Part shown: piece after piece, positions 38,444 through 47,595 of the stretch | How the letters are laid out: the number at the start of each line of letters is the position of its first letter | How positions within the stretch are numbered: the first letter of the stretch is position 1 | From: Thermoplasmatales archaeon | Lineage (GTDB): Archaea; Thermoplasmatota; Thermoplasmata; Thermoplasmatales; Thermoplasmataceae | DNA length: 64,000 nt | Assembly (NCBI GenBank): GCA_027310185.1 | Contig: DAIDBH010000017.1 | Coordinates: 160,996 to 224,995 of the forward strand | Reading direction: 5' to 3' | Program-made: the position numbers and the translations under genes | Notes under the pieces: model-generated | Database searches by the model: none | What the model was told of the DNA's origin: nothing | What the model saw: only the letters and a program-made list of their open reading frames with translations

Positions 38444-39982
38444 ATGGATAGACCTTCAAAGGGCGAAACACAGATTTCCCTGATGATCGATAATCTCATA
38501 ACAACCCTGAAGGTTAATGGCACCAGTTATAGGTCACTTGATAGTATCAGTCTTGGAATAAAAAGTGGAGAAGTCTATGGTTTAACCGGAGAGAGCAATT
38601 CTGGCAAAACGATACTTGCTGAGAGCATAATGAACCTGATTCCTGAAAATAGGGGAACGGTTGAGAGTGGAAGGGTGATATTCAACAAAATCAATATTGC
38701 ATACTATCTTGAAGGGAGTGCTAAAAAATCCTACTTTCCCATAAAAAAGGATGAAGACATATGCAAGAAGAAGCCAAAGAAATATGATAAGCTTATGGAA
38801 GAACTGAGAGGAAAGCGTATATCCTATCTTATGCAGGATACATTCCATTCCCTCAATCCATCAATAACCATTGGAGACCATATGGTAGAAGTACTGCTGA
38901 AGCACAGGATTTCCGAGATGGGGAGACAGATAGTAAAGAGATCCACAATAACAAAAGAGTCATTCATTGATTTCCTTGAGAAGGTGAAGGGTGTTGATGA
39001 CCTGGTGAAACGCGAATCCATGACTGTGGATTATTGCAAGTCTAATGGACTGGATTCCCATATTTCTGAAGTGATGGAAATTGTTGAAAAGGATGTGGAT
39101 TATGAGATGCCTGTTTCAAGACTGATAGAAAATGTCAAGCCAAAACTGAAAGAAAAACAGGTCAGCGAGATAGAAAAAATCTCTGATTATTATGATATGT
39201 GTTCCAGAATAAATCTTATGAAGCTTGAGCTTGACTCGTCAAATTCACCGGAACGTGAAGCCACGAAAGAGCAAATCAGAACCATGAAAAGGGAAAGTAA
39301 TAAGAAATACTTTGCCCTGAAGGTCTCTTTGTTATTTGGCAGAAGGTTCATGCTCAGGGAATTTTCCAGAGAAGCCGTGGCTTATTCCATAGAGACCATG
39401 AAATCAATCGGAATTGAAAGACCGGAGTCCATTGTTAATAAATATCACGATCAATTGCCACCAGGGTTAAGACATCTATGCCTTTTTGGACTGGCACTGA
39501 TAGGAGGCCCAGAGCTTATCATCCTTGATGAACCGACTTCATCAATGGACGCATTTACCCAGACAAAACTGCTTGATTCTATTCGCAAATTATCACGTTC
39601 AAATGGGATCACATTTCTTTTAATCACAAATGAGATTACATTGCTTGCAGGAATAGCAGGGAGAGTAGGCATAATCTACGCGGGTAACCTTATTGAAGAA
39701 TCCACAACCCTTGAAATATTCAATAATTCTAAACACCCGTTCACAATAGATTATCTCTCATCTTCAAAGGTGAATAAAGAAGGGATGGAAAGTAATGTTC
39801 CCCTTGAATTCATACAGGGTGAATCACCTGAAATTGTAAACCCTCCAAGCGGATGTAAATTCCACCCAAGATGTAAATTTGCAATGGATGTATGTTCAGT
39901 AAAAGTTCCGGGAATGATTGAAGTGTCAAGAAATCACAGGGTTGCCTGCTTTTTATATTCTGACAAGACGGAGGTTCAGTAG
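38444..39982 (+). CDS. Peptide ABC ATPase (OppD-like) with a large insertion
   Basis: GESNSGKT, ILDEPTS, C-terminal GCKFHPRC...C...HRVAC; degenerate signature LPPG. Confidence 0.85.
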   Translation: MDRPSKGETQISLMIDNLITTLKVNGTSYRSLDSISLGIKSGEVYGLTGESNSGKTILAESIMNLIPENRGTVESGRVIFNKINIAYYLEGSAKKSYFPIKKDEDICKKKPKKYDKLMEELRGKRISYLMQDTFHSLNPSITIGDHMVEVLLKHRISEMGRQIVKRSTITKESFIDFLEKVKGVDDLVKRESMTVDYCKSNGLDSHISEVMEIVEKDVDYEMPVSRLIENVKPKLKEKQVSEIEKISDYYDMCSRINLMKLELDSSNSPEREATKEQIRTMKRESNKKYFALKVSLLFGRRFMLREFSREAVAYSIETMKSIGIERPESIVNKYHDQLPPGLRHLCLFGLALIGGPELIILDEPTSSMDAFTQTKLLDSIRKLSRSNGITFLLITNEITLLAGIAGRVGIIYAGNLIEESTTLEIFNNSKHPFTIDYLSSSKVNKEGMESNVPLEFIQGESPEIVNPPSGCKFHPRCKFAMDVCSVKVPGMIEVSRNHRVACFLYSDKTEVQ

Positions 39983-39983
39983 G

Positions 39984-41435
39984 ATGGTAGATGGTAAAAT
40001 TGTGCTATACGCGTCACATATATCCATTGAAGTTGTAAAGAGTGATGTACCGGATCTTGAAAATTCACGTACAAGAATACTTGATGACATATCTTTCAAA
40101 CTTCATGAAGGGGAATCCATGGGAATCATAGGCGAATCCGGAAGCGGCAAAACTGCACTTCTTGATATTCTGTTATCCCTCATAAAACCCACCTCAGGAG
40201 AGCTATTCGTGGATGTAACTAAGGAGGCTGGAGAGGAGCTTGATGAGATTAACAGGAGAATTGAAAAGATAAATGAACTGTTCATCGAGAAATATGGCTA
40301 TAATCCAGATGAGGAGGAAATTGAGGGAAATGATGAACTGGACCTCCTTACTGAGAGATACGAAGAACTATGCAAGGGACTCTCAGTATTCAGGATGAGC
40401 AGCAAGGATATTATTAAAAATCGTGGGTATATTCAACCGGTATTCCAGGACGTCTACTCAACTCTTGACCCGAAAAAGGTTGTTATGGATTCCCTGTCAG
40501 AGACATTGAAGTATATCCAGCACCTCGATCGGGAGGAAATAGGGTACAGGTTGCAGAACCTGATGACTGAGATAGGAATTGATGAAAAGCTACTTTCTAA
40601 ATATCCTGTTCACCTTAGCGAGAGCGAAATGCAGAAGGTTGCAATTATGAGGGCACTTTCTGTGAACCCAAGGATAGTTGTAATGGATGATCCGACAGCA
40701 TATCTCGATGTTACAATGAAAATAAAGCTATTCAACCTCATAAACCAGAGAAGGTTGGAGAGTGGAACTTCCTTCCTCATAGCAAGTAGCAATCTAAGTT
40801 TCATCAGTAGCTTCACGCAGACTGTGGCAGTTTTATGCAGGGGCAGGATAGTGGAGATCGGTCCATCAATGGAAATTTTCTCCAATTCTTTTCACCCATA
40901 CACAAAAGCTTTGATTTCATCCATTCCAAGTTCTGATCCGTCAATTAAGATTGAGGGTATAGCTCTGAGGAAACAGGACCCTGACTATGAACAGATACCA
41001 AAGGGATGTGTTTTCCATACCAGATGCCCCAACGTTATGAGTAACTGTGGCTGGTCTGCAGAGGATATTGAGTCCGGTGTAAGAGAAATGATTGATGAAT
41101 ACAGGCTTGATGATCCAGCTTCCATACCTGAGATTGAAAATATAATTTCAGACGAAGGCGAAAACCTGATTGAGATTTCCTTCAGGGATGAGGAAAATTA
41201 TGATCAGAACCTTGTGAGACGCAAAATTGAGGAACTTATTGAAATAAGAAAGCAGAAACCAGATGGAATCAGGTTTGGTGCAATTGATTTCATAGAGTTT
41301 GAGGCAGAGAATAATAATCTTGTCCTGCAGTTGGTGAAGCCTGCTGTACCAAAAATGATCGAGGTTTCAGAAGGACATCATGTTTCCTGCTACATGTATG
41401 ATGTCAAGGAAGAAGAAAAAGAGTCACAGAACTGA
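39984..41435 (+). CDS. Peptide ABC ATPase (OppF-like) with two insertions
   Basis: GESGSGKT, LSESEMQKV, VMDDPT, GCVFHTRC...HHVSC; start ATG at 39984 after SD GGAGGT. Confidence 0.85.
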   Translation: MVDGKIVLYASHISIEVVKSDVPDLENSRTRILDDISFKLHEGESMGIIGESGSGKTALLDILLSLIKPTSGELFVDVTKEAGEELDEINRRIEKINELFIEKYGYNPDEEEIEGNDELDLLTERYEELCKGLSVFRMSSKDIIKNRGYIQPVFQDVYSTLDPKKVVMDSLSETLKYIQHLDREEIGYRLQNLMTEIGIDEKLLSKYPVHLSESEMQKVAIMRALSVNPRIVVMDDPTAYLDVTMKIKLFNLINQRRLESGTSFLIASSNLSFISSFTQTVAVLCRGRIVEIGPSMEIFSNSFHPYTKALISSIPSSDPSIKIEGIALRKQDPDYEQIPKGCVFHTRCPNVMSNCGWSAEDIESGVREMIDEYRLDDPASIPEIENIISDEGENLIEISFRDEENYDQNLVRRKIEELIEIRKQKPDGIRFGAIDFIEFEAENNNLVLQLVKPAVPKMIEVSEGHHVSCYMYDVKEEEKESQN

Positions 41436-41491
41436 CATTATATTTGGAAAAAGTCTATACTGTATTATACTAATTTTTAATTCTGCTGTAT

Positions 41492-42391
41492 ATGCATGAT
41501 CTCCTGTATATCATTCTTACAGAAATGCTGATGACACCATTCATCGTCTTTGTCGTACTTTACGTTTCTTCAAGGTTCAGCTCCATGACTGTAAGAAGCA
41601 TTTCCCTTACACTCTTCCTGCTTTCTATGATGTCGGGAATGCTGAATTCACTAAATTATTATCTCCTTTTTCCTCACGGGTTCCTCAATCAGGTGATGGC
41701 CATCAACATTTCAATGTTTGAGATGACCATTATTATTTCATATATTCTTGTTTCAGCTTTCAACGGGAATATTGGCAGGATGACCAGAACCCATGCAAAA
41801 TGGATAGGCATACTTGTTGGGTGGAATGAAGTCTCAATGGCTCTGTTCCTGTATTCACTTGCATATGGCTTTGGAACAAACGGGGAGCTGGTAAATACAA
41901 TGAATATACTTGGTGCTGGAGTCACCAATTACCTTTTCACAATTCCCATGATTATAGAAATGGTATCTCTTCTGTTCCTGAAGATCCATAGTGGACTGAC
42001 CCTGAGGATTTCCATTGGAATAATTGCAATGCAGGCCTCAGATCCTGGCCTATTCGGCGGCACCTATTCCATTCCGCTTATTATGGTATTTTCCATAGTG
42101 ATGATCGTTGTCCTCTATTATGTTCTCTCATATACATATAAGAACAGGAGGAACCTTGAAAACCAATGGAGAAAAATGCTGAATTATTTCATTTTTCTCA
42201 TACTCCTTTCGTCCATCGGCCTTGTAATGAGTGCTGTAATTCCAGGACCATTTGGAGTTAAGTGGATCATTTTTGCACTTTCCATGGCATTCTCAATGGT
42301 ATATTATTTCCTTATATCCTTCAGGTTTTTTGACTCGAACACACCGGTAGCAATCAGGAGGAAATTTATTGAAAGTGAGAGTACAGATTGA
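41492..42391 (+). CDS. Polytopic membrane protein, paralog of the N-terminal domain of the neighbouring ferredoxin protein
   Basis: About 8-9 hydrophobic segments; MMSGML, NEVSMAL and PMIIEM motifs shared with the 42426-44405 protein. Confidence 0.7.
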   Translation: MHDLLYIILTEMLMTPFIVFVVLYVSSRFSSMTVRSISLTLFLLSMMSGMLNSLNYYLLFPHGFLNQVMAINISMFEMTIIISYILVSAFNGNIGRMTRTHAKWIGILVGWNEVSMALFLYSLAYGFGTNGELVNTMNILGAGVTNYLFTIPMIIEMVSLLFLKIHSGLTLRISIGIIAMQASDPGLFGGTYSIPLIMVFSIVMIVVLYYVLSYTYKNRRNLENQWRKMLNYFIFLILLSSIGLVMSAVIPGPFGVKWIIFALSMAFSMVYYFLISFRFFDSNTPVAIRRKFIESESTD

Positions 42392-42425
42392 TTGGGATGA
42401 CTTACAATAATGACCTGCCAGTGTT

Positions 42426-44405
42426 TCACTCTTTCTTCATTACCTTTTCCTTCAGGAAGTTCCTGACGTCGTAGAAGAATATATTTTCGTAAGGGCAAGC
42501 CTCAACGCAATCCCCAACGCCAACACATCTTGAATTCTTGAACTGGCCTTCAGAGATGAAACTACCGGGCTGGGATGATAACCCAACTGGACATGCAAGG
42601 GCACAGTCCTTGGTCTTGCATGTAACGCACTGGCTAGGATCCTTGACCTTCAGTTTAAAAAGGCCATATTTTCCAACAAAGCGATTGAAGTTACCCCAGT
42701 GGCAGTAGCCGGTATTGATGCATCCGTAATTGCCAAAATATGGCATTGTAAGAAAAACAGCATACCACATTATATCAAAAATAATTATGTACATGAAAAA
42801 TAAAGGATCCGTTCCGTAAATCTGGTAATTTATGTAATGGTAATGATATAAAAAGGAAAATAAGGCTGCGACTGCAAGGGATATATAGATTGTGAATGAA
42901 ACTATCCTGTACACAACATTCCTCTCTCCACCAGTGCTCAATTTTTTCGCGGTGGGAGTTGTCCTGTTGAATTTCTTCATCGAATCGTAAAAAGTGCCCT
43001 GATACATCAGTGGAGCTGTACAGAAAACAGAACATAATTGCCTTGCTCCAAAGAGAAGTGATAATGAACCGCTTATAACATAGGTGAGAAGCATTGGTAT
43101 TATGAGTGCTGGTGCAAGACCTCCAGCCGTACCTATTCCCATTGACCACCCTATGAATGGGTATATCTGGGAATTTGTTACAAGGAAACTTGGGATAAGA
43201 ATTGAATAGATGCCATAGGCTACAATCATAAGTCCCAGCCTGATCCTGTTTTCAAGTTCCCTCGTCTTCATTATTTTGAAGACTACCAGTGAACCCATTT
43301 CAAAACCCATCATTATGAGAAACCATGAGGAACCTGTGATGCCACCTACGAATACAACTGTATTATAGGAGAATTCTGTAATTACATTGAAGATATTTCC
43401 AGAAAAGACTGCAAGATGGAGGCTGTTTATGAAGAATGACGTCCCATAATATTGAAAATCAAAGGTTGCCCCCATTGCAAATTCCGCAATGAAAACATCC
43501 ATGAGGAAGAAAGTTGACCACTTCCTATCTGCAAGCCAGTAAACTTTTCCCTTGCCGGAGAAATAATTCTTTCTTAGAATTGCATTGATATAAATGATCA
43601 TTTCAAGAAGAAATGCAATTGATACAATCATTACTGTTGAATCATATTGAAAGACCATTACACCAATCATCATGATGCCATAAATCAGGAGTATCTGCAA
43701 TAGATATCGTGAGAAATTCTTCCTGACATAATTTTCCCTGTAGAGGCTCTCGAAAACGAATATGAGAAGAGCGGTCATTACAGCACCTCCAGAGAACACT
43801 GAAACACTGACCCATATATTTCCAGGAACAGCAGTTGGTATGAAAAACATCACCACAGACTGGAACATTATGAAGATGAATGGCAACTTCTCCTCCTTTC
43901 TTATTGTGAAAATTGCAGTTAAGCCCATTTCAAGTGCCATTGGAAAGATGAACCAGAATGATGAAACTGTTCTGGAGATCAATTCTACATAATTTGTTCC
44001 ATAAACCATCAGTATTGTTTTTGATAGAATTATGGAATTGAAGTCAAGACTCATAAGAAATTCATCCAGTAATGTGAGGATGATTATGACCGGGATGCTT
44101 ATCCTTATTTCAATATCTTCCTGTTCTATTGATCGTACAAAGAGGATCAGGGGATAGATGATCTCTATGGCCATAAATCCGGCTGAAATAACAACTGCAT
44201 CCTCCAATGAAATTACGATAATTCCTGATAGATATATTGCAGGACCAAGCAACATTCCATTCATCATTGCCAGTAATATATATGTGATAATTCTTCTCAG
44301 GGGATTTTCAGCAGTTCTAGACATATACAGAATATATGAGGTAAATATACCCATGAGAGTGGCAATAAGTCCCAGTAACCACATCTCATAGTTCATCAGA
44401 ATCAA
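42426..44405 (-). CDS. Large membrane protein with a NapH/FixG-like 4Fe-4S C-terminal region
   Basis: RQLCSVFC, GCINTGYCHWG, CVTCKTKDCALACP and CVGVGDCVEACP motifs after many TM segments. Confidence 0.8.
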   Translation of the reverse strand: MILMNYEMWLLGLIATLMGIFTSYILYMSRTAENPLRRIITYILLAMMNGMLLGPAIYLSGIIVISLEDAVVISAGFMAIEIIYPLILFVRSIEQEDIEIRISIPVIIILTLLDEFLMSLDFNSIILSKTILMVYGTNYVELISRTVSSFWFIFPMALEMGLTAIFTIRKEEKLPFIFIMFQSVVMFFIPTAVPGNIWVSVSVFSGGAVMTALLIFVFESLYRENYVRKNFSRYLLQILLIYGIMMIGVMVFQYDSTVMIVSIAFLLEMIIYINAILRKNYFSGKGKVYWLADRKWSTFFLMDVFIAEFAMGATFDFQYYGTSFFINSLHLAVFSGNIFNVITEFSYNTVVFVGGITGSSWFLIMMGFEMGSLVVFKIMKTRELENRIRLGLMIVAYGIYSILIPSFLVTNSQIYPFIGWSMGIGTAGGLAPALIIPMLLTYVISGSLSLLFGARQLCSVFCTAPLMYQGTFYDSMKKFNRTTPTAKKLSTGGERNVVYRIVSFTIYISLAVAALFSFLYHYHYINYQIYGTDPLFFMYIIIFDIMWYAVFLTMPYFGNYGCINTGYCHWGNFNRFVGKYGLFKLKVKDPSQCVTCKTKDCALACPVGLSSQPGSFISEGQFKNSRCVGVGDCVEACPYENIFFYDVRNFLKEKVMKKE

Positions 44406-44446
44406 TGTAGTAGAAAACTTTGGTATTTAAGATATGCCAGAAAAAC

Positions 44447-45751
44447 TTAGAGAATGATAAAACTTTCCAGATATAGTGTCATCAATGTGATGAACAGGAC
44501 AGGAATGCCAACTATAAGACCCAGTTTCATATATTCAACTGTATTGATTTTGATCTTTGCCTTGCGATCTAGCATGTATAGCCATACCAGGGTTGCCAGA
44601 GAGCCAATTGGTGTGAACTTTGGCCCAATATCGTTACCAATTGCGTTTGTCAGTAGAATGATACCTGATATATGAAGGTGCTGCAATGTAAGATCGCCCA
44701 GCAAAACAGATGGTAGATTATTCATTATGGAAGCTGTAAGTGCAAACATGAATCCTGTCATCACAAAATTCATACCGAATGGGAATGACTGGAAATATCC
44801 AACTGCCTTTGCCATGTAAAAAACCATTCCATTTGTTGCGAGTGCGTAAACTACTATATACATACCGAGAGAAAAGAGGATGATCTGCCATGGTGCTTCT
44901 TTTACAGGTTTGACATAATCAATCTTTTTGCCTTTCCTGGCAAGAAGCAACATGAAAACTGCTGCAGGCATGGCCACTATCGAAACAGGAATGTTGTAAA
45001 TTCCACCCACTGAATAAAGTACCACGAGACTGATGATTACCGGGAAAAAAAGCTTAAAAATTACCGGGTCCTTGATATCTTCATTCCTGAACTCAATTTT
45101 TTCTGGAATTTTTGCAGGTATTGACTTTCTAAAATAAAGTGAGAGGAACAGGAGACTTGCAATTATGCTCACCAGATCAGGAATTATCATTATCTCCATA
45201 TAGGGAAAGAAATCTATTCCAAAGTATGTGGCTGCTATAATATTTACAAGGTTGCTTACCAGAAGAGGTATGCTGGCGGAATCTGCTATGAAGCCAACTG
45301 CCATTATATAGGCAAATATAGCTTTCTTATCGAGTCCGATCCTGTACAGAAGTGCCACTATCACAGGTGTTAACACAAGCGCAGTGCCATCATTGGCAAA
45401 AAAAGCGGATATAAAAGCACCCACAAGGATGACCAGTACGAATAGTCTTTTTCCGGACCCTCCTGAATAATTAAGGATCTTTGTCGCAAGATATTCAAAA
45501 ACGCCAGCTTCATCGAATACCAGTGCAATTATCACAACAGATACAAAAGTCAGGGTTGCGTTCCAGACAATCGATACAACATTGTAGAAATCCACAAGTG
45601 TTGTGAAGCCTGCCAGAACTGTTATAATTGCTCCTATTGATGCAGAATATCCTATTCCAAGACCCTTTGGTTTGTATATCACCAGGAAAAGTGAAAATAT
45701 GAATATCGCGAGTGTTGCGATGAAAAAGTAATTATTCAAACGCCAGTTCAC
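44447..45751 (-). CDS. arsB: Arsenite efflux pump ArsB
   Basis: KPKGLGIGYSA, WNATLTF, FANDGTALVLTP, SNLVNII, MNNLPS, GPKFTPIGSLAT. Confidence 0.93.
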   Translation of the reverse strand: MNWRLNNYFFIATLAIFIFSLFLVIYKPKGLGIGYSASIGAIITVLAGFTTLVDFYNVVSIVWNATLTFVSVVIIALVFDEAGVFEYLATKILNYSGGSGKRLFVLVILVGAFISAFFANDGTALVLTPVIVALLYRIGLDKKAIFAYIMAVGFIADSASIPLLVSNLVNIIAATYFGIDFFPYMEIMIIPDLVSIIASLLFLSLYFRKSIPAKIPEKIEFRNEDIKDPVIFKLFFPVIISLVVLYSVGGIYNIPVSIVAMPAAVFMLLLARKGKKIDYVKPVKEAPWQIILFSLGMYIVVYALATNGMVFYMAKAVGYFQSFPFGMNFVMTGFMFALTASIMNNLPSVLLGDLTLQHLHISGIILLTNAIGNDIGPKFTPIGSLATLVWLYMLDRKAKIKINTVEYMKLGLIVGIPVLFITLMTLYLESFIIL

Positions 45752-46130
45752 TTACCTTTCTTTCTATCTCATCCCTTATCTTCCTTACCTTCTCGATATC
45801 CTGGTTCTTTGGATCATCCAGTCCCCAGTCCACTACCTTCTTTTTCATGGCCCTGGCCAGTGGTGCCGGGCATGACTCCTCAACTGAGCAACCCATTATA
45901 ACAATCAAATCGGCATTGTCAATCATTTCCCTGGAGAGGACCCTTGGATTCCCTGTGTCAATTGGTACACCCTTTTCTTCCATAACTTTCATTACTACCG
46001 GATTGACTTCCCCTGCTGGAACTGTACCTGCGCTTTCGCAGTTTAGTCCCATATTCTTACCAAAGGCCTCCGCCATCTTGCTTCTTCCCGCATTTTCAAC
46101 ACATAGAAATAGAATCTTATCATACTTCAT
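45732..46130 (-). CDS. arsC: Arsenate reductase, thioredoxin/LMW-PTP type
   Basis: FLCVENAGRS P-loop, distal Cys pair GCSVEESCP, WGLDDP. Confidence 0.88.
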   Translation of the reverse strand: MKYDKILFLCVENAGRSKMAEAFGKNMGLNCESAGTVPAGEVNPVVMKVMEEKGVPIDTGNPRVLSREMIDNADLIVIMGCSVEESCPAPLARAMKKKVVDWGLDDPKNQDIEKVRKIRDEIERKVSELAFE

Positions 46131-46464
46131 TTATCAGCATCTCCGGGTTAATATTGCTCAATGGCTTTGCGGTGTAATAAGACCACTTGCCTTCCTTTCT
46201 CCTGTTTATGAGTTTTGCATTGTATAGCTCCTTAATACACCCTGAGACGGTTGACTGTGGTATGCCTAGCAGATCAGAAATCTCACAGACACACAGTTCA
46301 GTTATGGACAGGGTGTGATAGATTTCAATTCTTTTCATGTCTGAAAGTGCTTTAGCCCTTTTTTCCAGTTCCTGAAAATAACCATTGCTGTGGTTCTTCC
46401 TCAAATTCACTTTAATCTTCGTTTTTGTTGCCATATCCATGGTTCTGCATTCTGATGCTGACAT
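46120..46464 (-). CDS. arsR: ArsR-family repressor of the ars operon
   Basis: KALSDMKRIEI, ELCVCEI, QSTVSG, GKWSYY; first gene of arsR-arsC-arsB. Confidence 0.85.
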   Translation of the reverse strand: MSASECRTMDMATKTKIKVNLRKNHSNGYFQELEKRAKALSDMKRIEIYHTLSITELCVCEISDLLGIPQSTVSGCIKELYNAKLINRRKEGKWSYYTAKPLSNINPEMLINEV

Positions 46465-46469
46465 AATAC

Positions 46470-46487
46470 GTCAAATCGGAATATGAC
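46470..46487. promoter_or_regulatory. Candidate ArsR operator
   Basis: GTCA-N10-TGAC between the arsR start (46464) and a minus-strand TATA-like box (46496-46505). Confidence 0.35.
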
Positions 46488-46687
46488 AATCTGATATTTA
46501 TATGTGACCTGAAAATAGGTGAAAAGAGAAAAATCTTCACGACTGTATTATTTTGTTTGTAGTATAAGGATCATTGTTGAAAGATATAATTAATCAAACG
46601 GGTTGCGATGAAATGTTGGTAGGAGAGAATACCTATGGTTGATTATGTAAAGTTTATAGTGGTAAAAAATCCGAAAAGCTAGAAAAG

Positions 46688-46771
46688 CGCTGGGAGGGAG
46701 ATTCGAACTCCCGAGCTACAGGAGCACAAGCTTTCCAGACTTGCGCCTTACCAGGCTAGGCTATCCCAGCT
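46688..46771 (-). tRNA. tRNA-Ser (anticodon GGA), long variable arm, no encoded CCA
   Basis: Reverse strand GCTGGGA...TCCCAGC-G acceptor; anticodon arm CAAGT-CTGGAAA-GCTTG; T-arm GGGAG-TTCGAAT-CTCCC. Confidence 0.92.
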
Positions 46772-46885
46772 TGAACCTCAATTGTTTTAACATATTTATT
46801 ACTTTAGAGAATTAAGACTGTGTATAGGATAACATATATGGTATTCTATTTATATATCCTGAGATTATGATATAATGGTGGTTAC

Positions 46886-47338
46886 ATGACACAATTAAAA
46901 ATTAAAAAGATCCTGTGTGCAGTTGATTTTTCTGACGAATCAAAAAAAGCGCTGGAATTTGCTTATTCACTCTCTTCCCAGATTCCTGGGTGCGAACTAG
47001 TGGTTATAAGCGTGATGAGACCTATACCAACCCCCATTGGAGATTTTACCGGGGCAAATGAGACACTAATAGATGATGATCAGGATAACCTGAAAGCGGT
47101 CAGTGAAAAACTCAACAACCTTGTGCATGATACCAAGGGAGACTGTATGGCAAAGATTACAGACAAGGCGGTACTCGGAAACCCTGTCGAGGAGATACTC
47201 AGGAACATAAACGAAGAAAAACCGGACCTGGTTGTAATGGGGAACAGGAAACACGGATTCAGGAAAGGCATTTTTACTGGTTCAGTTTCAGAGAGGGTAT
47301 CAGCGGATTCTCCTGTGTCTGTATTGATTGTAAGATAA
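46886..47338 (+). CDS. Universal stress protein (UspA family)
   Basis: ILCAVDFSDESKKAL, GNPVEEI, LVVMG, GSVSERV...SVLIVR. Confidence 0.93.
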   Translation: MTQLKIKKILCAVDFSDESKKALEFAYSLSSQIPGCELVVISVMRPIPTPIGDFTGANETLIDDDQDNLKAVSEKLNNLVHDTKGDCMAKITDKAVLGNPVEEILRNINEEKPDLVVMGNRKHGFRKGIFTGSVSERVSADSPVSVLIVR

Positions 47339-47595
47339 TCCCTTTCCCTTTTCCAATAATAAAAATATACATTTTGATCTATAATGATTGGTTAGATCGG
47401 TTTCTGGTTTTAGGGATGTTAAACATCATGCGTAATAGGGTAGTTTTTCAGTAATAAAAAGAATCCAGCATTGATTGAATATGGAGACCTATTTTCCTGC
47501 CTATGACCTTAGGAATCTAATTAGTGAAATATCCATCTCCATAATCAAGATATAAGCTTTTGAAATGCTTTTAATTGAGTTTGCAATATCAATAT

